A DNA stretch of 63,409 nt, the filler included. It is 7 parts of 7 records of this genome, joined end to end, with 100 filler letters (N's around TTAATTAATTAA, not from the genome) between each part and the next. Parts side by side here need not be neighbours in the genome. Positions count along the whole stretch, not along the records: positions 6,205 to 15,566 come from SRR2962707_4596; positions 15,667 to 22,409 come from SRR2962707_4597; 5 more parts are not named here. The stretch is one strand, 5' to 3'. The first letter of the stretch is position 1. The number at the start of each line of letters is the position of its first letter. Under the pieces are notes generated by a model, which was given only the letters and a program-made list of their open reading frames with translations, was not told the origin of the DNA and did no database searches. Both the position numbers and the translations under genes were made by a program. Positions 10,741-21,350 of the stretch are shown in pieces.

Positions 10741-11886
10741 ATGATCGAAGCGGATACCTTCCTTCGAGAGGCAAAATTCAAGGGCTTCGACTTTTTTACC
10801 GGGGTGCCCTGTTCGTTTCTGACGCCGCTGATAAACGGTGTGCTGAATGACAGCAAAACACCCTACGTGGCCGCTGCCAGTGAAGGGGAAGCTGTGGCGA
10901 TCGCCGCCGGTGCGTGGCTCTGTGGCCGGAAAACGGTGGTCATGTTCCAGAATTCGGGATTGGGGAATGCCGTCAATCCGCTGACGTCCCTGAACTATCC
11001 ATTTCAGATTCCAACCCTGGTCATTTGCACGTGGCGGGCCGGGCCAGGGCTCAAAGATGAACCGCAGCACGAACTGATGGGTGAAATCACACCCGACCTG
11101 TTTGAGACAATGCGCATTCCCTACAGTCTTTTCCCGTCGGAAGATGACCGGGTCGGCTCGGTGCTGGATGATACCCTGGCGCAGATGGAAGAAAGCCAGT
11201 TGCCAGCAGCATTTATCATGCAAAAAGGTGACGTGGCCGATCAGGAACTTTCAGGTGATGTGGTGACGCCGGTTGCCGAAGCCGGCGGTCCTGTATCCGA
11301 CCGCAGCGTATACGGCCCGGTGCCAAGCCGTTACGAGACGCTGGAAGCGATGCTTGGCATTGCGCCGGACAATGCCGGTATCATCGTCACCACCGGCAAG
11401 GCGGGGCGGGAACTGTTCACGATTTCCGACCGCAAACAGCATCTGTATCAGGTCGGTTCCATGGGCTGCGCTGCCGGCATGGGGCTGGGTGTCGCCCTGA
11501 ATACGGAAAAGCCGGTGATCGTTGTCGACGGCGACGGCGCGCTGATGATGAAGATGGGGACCCTGGCAACCATCGGTGCATACCGGCCGAAGAACATGGT
11601 GCATCTGGTTTTGGATAACGGGACGTATGACTCGACGGGCGGACAGCCGACGGTTTCCGGCGGGGTCGACTTTGCCGCTGCGGCTTCTGCCTGCGGTTAC
11701 AGCCATGCTGTTCGCGTCGATGATATTGGCGGATTTGAACAGGCTTTGGACCAAGCTCTGAAGTCTGACGGACCGACGCTGATCCATATGAAGATCGCGC
11801 CGGGTTCGCTGGAAACGCTTGGCCGCCCGACCGTGAAGCCACCGGAAGTCGCCCGCCGCTTCAGGGCGTTTATGATGGAAGATTAG
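10741..11886 (+). CDS. aepY: Phosphonopyruvate decarboxylase (ThDP-dependent)
   Basis: FFTGVPCSFL, ASEGEAVAIAAG, QNSGLGNAVNPLTSL, DEPQHELMG, GSMG and the ThDP motif DGDGA...LDNGTYDSTGGQPT in one 381-aa chain. Confidence 0.92.
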   Translation: MIEADTFLREAKFKGFDFFTGVPCSFLTPLINGVLNDSKTPYVAAASEGEAVAIAAGAWLCGRKTVVMFQNSGLGNAVNPLTSLNYPFQIPTLVICTWRAGPGLKDEPQHELMGEITPDLFETMRIPYSLFPSEDDRVGSVLDDTLAQMEESQLPAAFIMQKGDVADQELSGDVVTPVAEAGGPVSDRSVYGPVPSRYETLEAMLGIAPDNAGIIVTTGKAGRELFTISDRKQHLYQVGSMGCAAGMGLGVALNTEKPVIVVDGDGALMMKMGTLATIGAYRPKNMVHLVLDNGTYDSTGGQPTVSGGVDFAAAASACGYSHAVRVDDIGGFEQALDQALKSDGPTLIHMKIAPGSLETLGRPTVKPPEVARRFRAFMMED

Positions 11887-11890
11887 TGGC

Positions 11891-12502
11891 ATGTCTCACG
11901 ATACATGGATCCACAAGATCGCCCGGGCGACCATCGTCAGACCACTTGCCAAAACGGCCGTCACACCCAATCAGGTGACAACGGTCCGGATTATTGCCGG
12001 GGTTGCAGCGGCCATCTCGCTGGCTTATGGGGCAAGGGAAACGGCGGTCTATGGCGCTGTGCTGTTCATGCTGTCGATGCTGCTGGACCGTGCAGACGGC
12101 GATCTGGCGCGATTGACGGGGCGAACGAGTCCGGGGGGGCATACCTATGACCTGTTTGCCGATGCGTTCTGCAACACCTTGATATTTGTCGGTCTCGGCA
12201 TCGGGTTGCGCAGTAGTGAATTCGGCCTGTGGGCAATCCCGATGGGCATGCTGGCGGGCGGGGCCGTGGCAACCATCCTCATGCTGGTGATCCGGATCGA
12301 GAAACTGCAAGGGGCCCGCGCCGCCGAAATCGGAAGCTTCTTCGGCTTTGATCCGGACGATGCGATGCTGGCAATTCCTGTTGCCGTCCTGCTCGGCTGG
12401 TCACAGGGACTGCTGGTGGCTGCATGTATCGGCGCCCCAGCGTTTGCCCTGCTGTTTATTTTCCTTTTCAGGAAAGCCCTCAGGGACGCGCGCGCATCCT
12501 GA
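11891..12502 (+). CDS. CDP-alcohol phosphotransferase family protein (complete motif)
   Basis: TPNQVT and DRADGDLAR-x6-GGHTYDLFAD match DxxDGxxAR..GxxxDxxxD; multiple hydrophobic helices; starts 4 nt after aepY. Confidence 0.9.
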   Translation: MSHDTWIHKIARATIVRPLAKTAVTPNQVTTVRIIAGVAAAISLAYGARETAVYGAVLFMLSMLLDRADGDLARLTGRTSPGGHTYDLFADAFCNTLIFVGLGIGLRSSEFGLWAIPMGMLAGGAVATILMLVIRIEKLQGARAAEIGSFFGFDPDDAMLAIPVAVLLGWSQGLLVAACIGAPAFALLFIFLFRKALRDARAS

Positions 12503-13097
12503 GCAGCGTGACACAGGTATATAGACAATAGATCGTCGCACCAATCCCGGCGGCAATGAAGAAGGGATACAGATAACCGAGCCACGTCACCGGCCAGATC
12601 AGATAGATTCCGTCTTCAAGCTCAAAGCCGCCAAAACCAGGATATCCGACGGAGTCGCCTGTTTCGTCGCCGCCGGTCTGACGATCAATGCCAAGATTGG
12701 TAAACATGGAAATCAGTGCTGCCGCCGCGCCGCCTGAACCGAGTATGATCGCCCAGTTTCCGAGGTCGCTTTCCCTGAACCCCCAGCCCATGCAGAAAAA
12801 AAGTGCCGCATAGCTGATCGATCCGACGATGTAATCAAGGTAATAGCCGAGTTTCGAGGTTTTGCCGGACTGGCGCGCCAACTCGCCGTCAAAATGATCA
12901 AGAAACCTTGCCAGAACAAACAGTCCGGCACCCAATGTGGCATCGGCGGCTTCGCCGGTCGCCAATTGTGCAGCACCACCAAGGGCCAGAATTAAAGTGA
13001 AAATCGACACATGGTTCGGCGTGATCGGCGTGTTGACGAGGGGCCGCACCATTACGGCAGCGATCCGTTGATCGTATGGTGGTTTTTTCATGGCCAT
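12480..13097 (-). CDS. CDP-alcohol phosphotransferase family protein (fourth Asp replaced by Gly); start could be 13091
   Basis: TPNHVS and DHFDGELAR..GYYLDYIVG; multiple TM helices. Confidence 0.87.
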   Translation of the reverse strand: MAMKKPPYDQRIAAVMVRPLVNTPITPNHVSIFTLILALGGAAQLATGEAADATLGAGLFVLARFLDHFDGELARQSGKTSKLGYYLDYIVGSISYAALFFCMGWGFRESDLGNWAIILGSGGAAAALISMFTNLGIDRQTGGDETGDSVGYPGFGGFELEDGIYLIWPVTWLGYLYPFFIAAGIGATIYCLYTCVTLLRMRARP

Positions 13098-13261
13098 TTG
13101 GGTGCTCCTGACGATTGGCGGAAAGTGTGCGGCAGGGGCTGCACTGTCAAGAACGGTTGTTCGGAGCGGACTTGCTTCGTATAAGCCCTAAAGGTTCGAC
13201 AACGACCCGGATCAGCCGGGCCGAACGGGAGGGCCGGGTGCAGCCAACAGCGGAAAATCAT

Positions 13262-15566
13262 ATGAGGCAGAGGATCGCCAACTTGATCGGCAGCTGGGTC
13301 GATGCCTGTCAGCGCCGCGCCGCCTTTGTTGTGTGTATCGCACTGTTGATCAGTATTGCCGCCGGGATTTATCTGGCAGGAAACCTGCGTATCGACACGA
13401 ATAACGAGGATATGCTCTCGGCTGAATTGCCGTTCCGCCAAAATGCCATTGCACTGGATGCGGCATTCCCGGTGCTCGATGATAATCTTCTGGTGGTGCT
13501 GGAAGCGCCTAATGCGGATGCTGCGGATGACGGCGTACGCCGCTTGGCCGATGCAATGCGGAACCGTTCGGACGTTTTTGAGAGTGTTTTCAGCGCAGAA
13601 GATAGCCCTTATCTGAGAAAGAACGGGCTGCTTTACCTTGAAACAGCCGAACTCGAAGACCTTTCAACTCGCCTTGCCGCAGCCCAGCCGTTTCTGGGGA
13701 CGCTTTGGCAGCAGCCCAATCTTGCAGGCCTGGCAGACATGCTGGAACTGATGGCCGGAGAGGGTACGGATGCGAAGACTTCCGAACAGGCCGGGAATGT
13801 TATCGGTAAAATGGCCGACGTCGCGGAGCGGATTCGGACCGGGCATAATGCAAATCTAATTTGGTCCGAGGTCATTCTGGGAGGCAAGCCGGCAACACCC
13901 CCCGTTCGCCGTCTGATCCAGACCAAGCCCAAACTTGATTACGGCTCGCTGCATCCGGCGGCGCATGCTGCGGATACCTTGCAGGCCATTGCGGCTGCAG
14001 AAGGCCTGAACGAGAATGGATACAAACTACGCCTGACAGGCTCAGCTGCGCTCGAAAGCGATGAGCTCAAAAGCGTTGAAGTTGGAATGGGCACAGCTGG
14101 CCTGATCTCATTGACCATCGTCGTTGTTGTTTTGCTGGCCGGACTGCGCTCAATCGGCGTCATGGCGGCGCTGTTTGCGACATTGATCATCGGACTGCTC
14201 TGGACTGGGGCATTTGCCATTCTTGCTTTGGGGTCGCTCAACCTTATATCTGTGGCTTTTGCAGTCCTTTTTGTCGGCCTCAGTGTGGACTTCGGTATTC
14301 ATTACGCACTTCGGGCGGCTGAATATGCCGGACGTGCCGAGAGTTGGGCTATCGCCCTGTGGCATGGCGGACGGAGTGTCGGCACTTCGCTGGTGATCTG
14401 CGCCCTGACCACGTCGATTGCTTTCTTTTCATTCTTTCCGACGACCTATGTGGGGCTGGCCGAGCTTGGTCTGATCGCCGGTGTCGGGATGTTCGTGGCG
14501 TTGATTTGCAACCTCACGGTTTTGCCGGCTCTGTTGCGGTTGCTGGTCAGAAAACCACCGGTATTTGAAGTAATGCATGCCCCGGCGGGGAGCGGACGAA
14601 TACTGTCCCGCTTCGCCCCGTTCATCGTCGGGGTGGGCGTGATCAGTGCGATCGCTTCTGGTTGGCTGGCGACAGGGGCACGGTTCGATTTCGATCCCAT
14701 GAATCTCAAGGACCCTGCAGCACCGTCGATGGTGACACTTTTCGACCTGATGGACGACGGGATTGTACATCCGTATTCGGCTGAAATCCTTGCAGACAAT
14801 CCGGAGGCCGCCAGGAAACTCTCGGACACGCTGGAACTGCTGGATACGGTGGAAGGCGTTGACGGTATATTTTCCCTGATCCCGGAAAACCAACAGGACA
14901 AGCTTGCGATCATTGACCGGATGGCCCTGTTTCTGGGGCCGGCTTTCTTTGCGCCGCCGGGTGATATCGCCTTGCCGGTTGAAGAATTGAATAAATCCAG
15001 AAACAGCATCCTTCAAAGCCTGGGACATCTGACATCGAAAAAAGAGCTCGCCGCACCAGCAGCCCGTCTGATGGCGGCCCTAAAGGATGCATCTCCGGAT
15101 CAACTCGTGATGATCAACGAAGGACTGTTCCGCTTTTTGCCGGGGCGCCTGAACGATTTGATGACGGCGATGGAGGCAGACGAAATTCGTCTCGAAACGC
15201 TGCCCGATACGCTGAAAAACAGATATTTGGCGGCGGATGGTACGGTTCGGCTGGAGGTCTTGCCGAAAGCCGATTTGCGTGACCCTGGTGCATTGCGCGC
15301 GTTTGTGACTGATGTGCAGGCTGTGGCACCTCATGTGACGGGCGGACCGGTTATTATCGTTGAAGCCGGGCAGGCGGTGCTGGATGCCTTTGGTAAAGCG
15401 CTGGCAATCTCCCTGATCGGGATCGGTGCCGTGCTTTGGCTGGTCCTGCGAAGAATAGGCGATGTGTTGCTCGTCTTCGCGCCTGTCTGTGTGGCGGCAT
15501 TGTGGACATTGGCGGCGTCAGCCGTTGTCGATGTGCCGTTCAATTTTGCCAATGTGATCGTATTGC
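13262..15566 (+). CDS. hpnN: Hopanoid transporter HpnN (MMPL/RND family), 3'-truncated
   Basis: MLSAELPFRQN, NGLLYL, AQPFLGTL, LNLISVAFAVLFVGLSVDFGIH, FDFDPMNLKDP and PFNFANVIVL; hpn gene context. Confidence 0.88.
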
Positions 15567-15666
15567 NNNNNNNNNNNNNNNNNNNNNNNNNNNNNNNNNN
15601 NNNNNNNNNNTTAATTAATTAANNNNNNNNNNNNNNNNNNNNNNNNNNNNNNNNNNNNNNNNNNNN
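15567..15666. other. Artificial contig spacer
   Basis: N44-TTAATTAATTAA-N44. Confidence 0.98.
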
Positions 15667-16581
15667 GAAGATCGGATCGATATAGAACCCGCCGCCAAAG
15701 CAATAAGCCTTACCACCTGAAAGATGGGAAACTTCGGACAGATACAATACAGCAGGCAGTTCCGGCAGGTCTTCAACCACGTGCAAGGCCGTTGTGCCGT
15801 GAAGACCATTGCCCGGTTCGCACTGGGTGGCACCGGCTTCTGCCAGACCGGCAAGAAGGACCGACGATGTGGTGCCAGGTGCATTAATTTCGATATCAGA
15901 ACGACCATGCTTTGCCAACAGATCGGCCGCCTTGGCAAGGGTGGTCAAATTCTGGGTCGGCAGGACTTTTCGGCTGTCATGGTCAAACAGAAGGGCCGGG
16001 AAAGTCGTGATCCCGGCAAAACGACCACCATCCAGACCATCAAGGAAATCAGCCACTTCGGCAATGTCGCTTGCCGCAAAACCACCCTCATGACCGCGAT
16101 AGAATGTATCGCCCTCGGCATGGATGCGGGCCAGGATATCCTGAATGTAACCGGCTTTCCTGGCGGCTGATGCGGCCTCACGCGCCTTGATGTCGTTAAA
16201 GACAGTCCAGTAATCCGGGCGGAAGCGTTTGGCAGCGGCATTGGCCTCAAACCGGGCGATTTGCTGTAAATGACCCAGATGCCCAACGCGCAGACCGGCA
16301 TTATGGGTGGCCCGCGCACAGGCCATATCAACTGCGACTGACCGAACAATCCCGCCGCGCATCACAGCGTGGGAGAACGAGCTTGCCCGTCCGACCTGCT
16401 TGGTCATGGCGAAAATCTTAAGCCCGTGTTTGTCGGCTTCGGATTTCAGGACGCGCGCATTGGCTTCGACCGCATCAAGATCAAGGATATAGGCATTTGC
16501 CGGAACCTTGCCTTGGCGGTGAAGCGCCATGGCGGCTTCGATGAATTTCGGGTTGCGGCGACGCAAGACATCAAGAAACAT
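15667..16581 (-). CDS. yhfX: YhfX-like PLP-dependent enzyme (alanine racemase fold), 3'-truncated
   Basis: MFLDVLRRRNPKFIEAA, AMTKQVGR (PLP lysine), GHLGHLQQI, NAPGTTS and EPGNGLHGTT resemble E. coli YhfX. Confidence 0.8.
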
Positions 16582-16604
16582 GGTTTTGCTCCTGCTTTTT
16601 GGGC

Positions 16605-17606
16605 TTAGCGCGCTTTTTCGCGCAACGAGACAGCAACGGCGGCCAGAATGATCAGACCCCGGACAATCATTTGATCAGACACCGAAAGCCCCATCAGGAT
16701 CAGGCCGTTATTCAGCATCCCCATCATCAGTGATCCGATCAGCGCACCAATGATCGTGCCCTTACCGCCATGCAAAAGCGTTCCGCCAACAATCACCGCG
16801 GCAATCACGGTCATCAGATCGGATTCACCAAGGGTGTATTTCGCCGCCTGCAAACGCCCGGCATATAAAAGACCGGCAAGTCCCGCAAGCGCACCTGACA
16901 GGGTCAAAACGTAAAGGCGAATACGGGCAACCTTGATCCCCGAAACGCTGGCCGCACGCGGGTTATCGCCGGTGGCCAGAACATGTGCGCCAAATTTTGT
17001 TTCACGGTAAATGAAATGCCCGACAGCAACGGCCAGAACCGTCCACCAGATCAGCGACGGAATCCCTAAGAAACTGCCCGAGCCAAAGAAACCGGCAAAA
17101 TCCAGATCCAGAACCGGGATCGACCGCAGATTGGTCATGGACCGTGCAATACCGGCAAATAATCCCATGGTTGCAAGGGTGACCAGAAATGATGGCAACC
17201 GGACAAAGGCAACAACCGCGCCATTTAGCGCACCGGCAACAATGCCCGCCCCCATCCCGGCAATGATACCAGCGGTCATGCCATATTCATTCATCACAAC
17301 AGCAGCCGACAGGGCCGATATGGCAACGATCGAGCCAAATGAAAGATCAATCTCGCCCGCAGAAAGAACAAACACCAACCCGATGGCAAGGATGGTTGCA
17401 GGGGCGGTTTGCAACACGATGTTTGAAAGGTTTCTGACCGACAGGAACCCGTTATCACCAAGGGTGATGGCAAAGAACAGGAAGATCGCCAGAAAGCCGA
17501 AATAAACGACATATTGCTGCAGATTGATCCTGCTCATGATCTGGCGAAATGAGCTGCCAGACGGTGTTGTAGCAGATGTCTGGCGACCGTTTTTTGATTG
17601 GGACAT
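16605..17606 (-). CDS. Sugar ABC transporter permease (RbsC/BPD_transp_2 family)
   Basis: GEIDLSFGS, PSFLVTLAT, ATGDNPRAASVSGI and IAAVIVGGT motifs; ATG at 17606 preceded by AAGGAAG. Confidence 0.92.
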   Translation of the reverse strand: MSQSKNGRQTSATTPSGSSFRQIMSRINLQQYVVYFGFLAIFLFFAITLGDNGFLSVRNLSNIVLQTAPATILAIGLVFVLSAGEIDLSFGSIVAISALSAAVVMNEYGMTAGIIAGMGAGIVAGALNGAVVAFVRLPSFLVTLATMGLFAGIARSMTNLRSIPVLDLDFAGFFGSGSFLGIPSLIWWTVLAVAVGHFIYRETKFGAHVLATGDNPRAASVSGIKVARIRLYVLTLSGALAGLAGLLYAGRLQAAKYTLGESDLMTVIAAVIVGGTLLHGGKGTIIGALIGSLMMGMLNNGLILMGLSVSDQMIVRGLIILAAVAVSLREKAR

Positions 17607-17682
17607 GTCAGTCACTTCCTTGGGCGGAACGGCAAAGTAAAGTGCCGGGCAATATGGGTATCTATCGCCCGGCAATCTTGTC

Positions 17683-18744
17683 TTAGTTCAACGTCTTGAT
17701 AACGGAATCCGGTGCATCGCGGTTCAGCGATTCTTTCCAGCCATCAAGCACATTGGACTTCTGCACCGTCAGAGCTGGGGCAACGATAAAGGCCGGGGTT
17801 TCTTGACCGAGAAGGGCCTTAAGACCGGTTGCCGCCATCGCACGGCCAAGCTCATAAGCCTTATCGGCAACAATCGCAGTGACATTGCCATCACGGACCA
17901 TGTCGAGTGCGACCGGTTCGGACAGATCAAGGGTTACGATCTTGGTGTGTTTGTTGCCACTTGCACGAAGGGCCGCCAAAACGCCATCGGCCGGTTCCGC
18001 CCAGGTGACATAAATCCCGTCAAGATCCGGGTTCTGAAGCAGCATGGCCGATGCCAGTTCTTCTGCGCGGGCCGGGTCGGTAATGCCCTGTTCGGCAACG
18101 ATTTCAATGCCGGGATAGTCTTTTTCAATCGTGGTTTTAAACGCATTGTCACGCTGATTGGTGACGTAATAGGTCGCGTCATGGAAAATCCAGCCGACCT
18201 TGCCTTTGCCACCGATATCAGCGGCAAGTGCATCTGCTGCCTGCTTGCCCATTTCAAACAGATCGTCGGTAACAATCGCGGCATAGTCGGTGCCATGTTT
18301 GTAATCCGACGGAAGGTTCGAGAGGAAAACCAGCTTGGTATCGTTGGCAACCGCTTCGCGGAAGGCCGCAGCTGAGGTCACCGGATCAAGCGGCAGCGCC
18401 AGGATAACGTCGGGTTCGGCAGTCAGCGCGGTTTCAATGTCGCTGCGCTGACGTGCGGCGTCGAAACCGGCATCGGTGGTAACTGCGATTGAAACGCCTG
18501 CCTTGGCAAATTCATCCGTGGCACCGGCAGATACCGCATTGATGAAGTCAGACGAGGTATGCCAAAGAAGTGCGGCCTTAAGCCCCTTTTCCTTAAGCGA
18601 AGCAAATTCTGCGTCCGTCAGGGTGATTTCCGCACTTGGTGTTGCGGTTTCACCGTTTGGGCCGACCGTTTGGGCGTGGGCAAGGCCACTTGCCATAACG
18701 ATGCCGGCAATCACACTGGTTTTAAGCAATCCCTTGATCAACAT
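17683..18744 (-). CDS. Sugar ABC transporter substrate-binding protein (RbsB-like)
   Basis: Signal peptide ending AHA-Q, periplasmic binding protein type I pattern, adjacent to the permease. Confidence 0.88.
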   Translation of the reverse strand: MLIKGLLKTSVIAGIVMASGLAHAQTVGPNGETATPSAEITLTDAEFASLKEKGLKAALLWHTSSDFINAVSAGATDEFAKAGVSIAVTTDAGFDAARQRSDIETALTAEPDVILALPLDPVTSAAAFREAVANDTKLVFLSNLPSDYKHGTDYAAIVTDDLFEMGKQAADALAADIGGKGKVGWIFHDATYYVTNQRDNAFKTTIEKDYPGIEIVAEQGITDPARAEELASAMLLQNPDLDGIYVTWAEPADGVLAALRASGNKHTKIVTLDLSEPVALDMVRDGNVTAIVADKAYELGRAMAATGLKALLGQETPAFIVAPALTVQKSNVLDGWKESLNRDAPDSVIKTLN

Positions 18745-18825
18745 GAGCCATTCCTCTGATAGATGATGTGTTTTTTGTTGTGTCGTTTGGTCTTGTTCTG
18801 GTGGTCTTGAACTGTCGCTATGTGG

Positions 18826-20100
18826 TTAGTCTGCGATCCCGCAATAGCGGGCCATAAAGCAGGCAAAGGCGACAATGCCTGCAAAATATTCTTCGATATC
18901 AACGCGTTCTTCGAATGTGTGGCAGTTGCGAATATCGCCCGGTGCGCAATAGACCGCAGGTGTGCCAAGCTCGTTGACGAAGAACGGTGTTTCCGACCAG
19001 AAAGGTGCGCCTTCGATCAAGCCACGTCCGGCCATCGCACCGGCAACCGCATCGGACAGATCGCGCACTTCAGGAAGGTTCGGATCAATTTCAGCCGCCG
19101 ACCCGCCCAACGCATGGTCGCGTCCTGCCGGATAGCTGATCGAAACTGCGATTTCAGGGTCGGTGATTGCGCCCTTGATGACGGCTTCCATTTCGCGGGC
19201 CGCATCATCAAGACTTTCGCCCGGCAATAATTTGCGGATCAGCGAAAGTTTGCATTCTTCCGGTACCGCAATGAAGCCGCCGCCGGTCAATCCGGTGATC
19301 AGAAGGAACCCCTCGCCAATCAAATCATGATGGCCCCGGGTTTTCAGATCATCGGAATGCGCCCAAAGTGCTGACATGACGGAATGTGTGGCTTTGAGCG
19401 CATCTTTGCCAAGTTCAGGAACCCCGAAATAGGCCGATTTTCCGGTGATTTTAATGTCCGCAATATAAAAGCCGATCTGGGCGGGATAGACCGCCAGACG
19501 GGTCGGTTCGACATAAACGGTAAAGTCGGGCTTGGCGATATCGCCGGTCTTAATCAGATTGGTGTAATGCTTCACCCCGGCTGATATGCCCGACCCGGGC
19601 TGACCGCTTTCTTCGTCGCCGACATAGGCAAAGGCAAGGTCGCCCTTAAGGCGAATGCCCGCCGCGTCAAGAAGGCTGACTGCGGCAAGGGATGCGCAGA
19701 TACCGGCTTTAAGATCGCCTGATCCCCGGCCCCAGATTTCCCCGTCAATCAACGGTGCGCCAAACGGATCTTCGCGTTCGGTACCTTGCCAATGTTCGCG
19801 CCAGCCATCGACATGCACTGTGTCGGTGTGGCCGATAAATAAAAGTCGTTTCGAATTGGTATCGTTGTCGGATGCCGCACCCTTGCGTTCGCCCCAGATG
19901 TTTGGCCGGCCGGGTTCAAATTCGGCGGTATTGATCGCCTCTACACCGCGTTTTGCCATCTGTTCGGACAGATAGGTGACGAAATTGGCTTCATTCCCGG
20001 TGATGCTGTGTGCGCCAATCGCACCGCGAAACAGCGCAAGGGCATCATCACGATCCAGAAGTGCGGCAAGTTTGGCGTGAAGATCGTTTGGCTGGGTCAT
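18826..20100 (-). CDS. M20-family metallopeptidase/deacylase (ArgE/DapE-like)
   Basis: GHTDTV, GRGSGDLK, GDEE, VEPT and CHTFEE metal-ligand motifs. Confidence 0.9.
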   Translation of the reverse strand: MTQPNDLHAKLAALLDRDDALALFRGAIGAHSITGNEANFVTYLSEQMAKRGVEAINTAEFEPGRPNIWGERKGAASDNDTNSKRLLFIGHTDTVHVDGWREHWQGTEREDPFGAPLIDGEIWGRGSGDLKAGICASLAAVSLLDAAGIRLKGDLAFAYVGDEESGQPGSGISAGVKHYTNLIKTGDIAKPDFTVYVEPTRLAVYPAQIGFYIADIKITGKSAYFGVPELGKDALKATHSVMSALWAHSDDLKTRGHHDLIGEGFLLITGLTGGGFIAVPEECKLSLIRKLLPGESLDDAAREMEAVIKGAITDPEIAVSISYPAGRDHALGGSAAEIDPNLPEVRDLSDAVAGAMAGRGLIEGAPFWSETPFFVNELGTPAVYCAPGDIRNCHTFEERVDIEEYFAGIVAFACFMARYCGIAD

Positions 20101-21311
20101 TTTGTTGCTCCCTGAAGGGAGACGCTGCTGGCAGGGGGCAGCGAAATGCGACCATCGGGGGCATCGGCACCAAAGAACGTATTATGCAGATGACCAAGTC
20201 CGATGGCAGCTGCCCCGATGATTGCGGCGCGCTGATGCAAGCTGCTTGGCACGATTTCTATCGGTTGCGGGCAGATCTGCGTCATGAAGTTTTGCGTGCG
20301 GGCGAGCATTTCCGGTCGGTCACCAATGGATCCGCCGATAATGATCTTTTCCGGGTTGGCGATGGCGGCAATTGCCCCGACGCCAAAGGCAAGATAGCGC
20401 GCGGTTTCATCAAGAACCTGATTTGCGGCCTCTTCGCCGGCATTGGCGGCATCAAAGATTTCCGGGACAATGACGTCGCGCCCGGTCAGCGCCTTATAAC
20501 GTTGTGCCATCCCGACCGAGGCCACGACACGTTCATAAGCCCCGGCGCGAATAGACTCGCTGTCAAACGGATCGGCGCCAAACGGAAGGAAACCCAGTTC
20601 GCCTGCGGCATTTCCCGCCCCGCGCACCAGTTCGCCATTGACCATCAGGCCGCTGCCGATCCCGGTGCCAAGGGCGATAAAGGCAAGATTATCGATGCCC
20701 TGACCTTCTCCCAGCCAGTTTTCGCCGAGAACCGCCAGATTGACATCGTTTTCAAGCATGACATCAAAGCCAAATGCCTTTTCGAACCCAGCAAAGACAT
20801 TCATCTCGTCAAACCCGGAAATGTTCGGGGCGAGCAAGACCTTGCCACTTTTCGGGTCGGGCGCGCCAGGCACACCGATCACGGCAAGACGGATGCGGGT
20901 GCGATCAATTTTCTGAGAGTCCGCAGCCTGCCAGCAAAGATTGGCGATCTGATCAATCAGATGCTGTCCACCACGCGGATCGGTCGGTGCGACCTGTTCG
21001 GCAAACACCTGACAGGCAAGATCGGCAATCGCCACCCGCACCTTGGTCCCGCCAAGATCGACGGCGGCAATAAAGGCGGCATCGGGGATCAGTTCATATG
21101 TTACCGCAGTGCGGCCAACATGGCCTGCTGTGCGACCGGTTTCCTGCACCCAGCCTGCTTCTTCAAGCTGGCGGACAATTTCGGAAATCGTTTGTTTGGA
21201 CAGTCCGGTTTGCTTGGCAATCGATGCACGCGATATCGGGCCATTCTGGACGATGGCCTCCATCACTGCACGTTGGGAAAACTTCCGGGAAATGCGCAAA
21301 GTTTCGCTCAC
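20097..21311 (-). CDS. ROK-family transcriptional regulator
   Basis: N-terminal HTH (ISRASIAKQTGLSKQTIS), VDLGGTK, ENDVNLAVLGE, GTGIGSG and AGELG. Confidence 0.93.
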   Translation of the reverse strand: MSETLRISRKFSQRAVMEAIVQNGPISRASIAKQTGLSKQTISEIVRQLEEAGWVQETGRTAGHVGRTAVTYELIPDAAFIAAVDLGGTKVRVAIADLACQVFAEQVAPTDPRGGQHLIDQIANLCWQAADSQKIDRTRIRLAVIGVPGAPDPKSGKVLLAPNISGFDEMNVFAGFEKAFGFDVMLENDVNLAVLGENWLGEGQGIDNLAFIALGTGIGSGLMVNGELVRGAGNAAGELGFLPFGADPFDSESIRAGAYERVVASVGMAQRYKALTGRDVIVPEIFDAANAGEEAANQVLDETARYLAFGVGAIAAIANPEKIIIGGSIGDRPEMLARTQNFMTQICPQPIEIVPSSLHQRAAIIGAAAIGLGHLHNTFFGADAPDGRISLPPASSVSLQGATK

Positions 21312-21350
21312 CGGCCTCTCCTGATGATCTGATTATTATTCGGTTTATTT

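Noticed and set aside
13115-13261. Extended N-termini in the ORF track (hpnN here; also flgE, cbiB, cobD, accB, oppF, cobC)
   Set aside because: Downstream starts fit RBS positions and family N-termini better; the extensions are ORF-caller artefacts.
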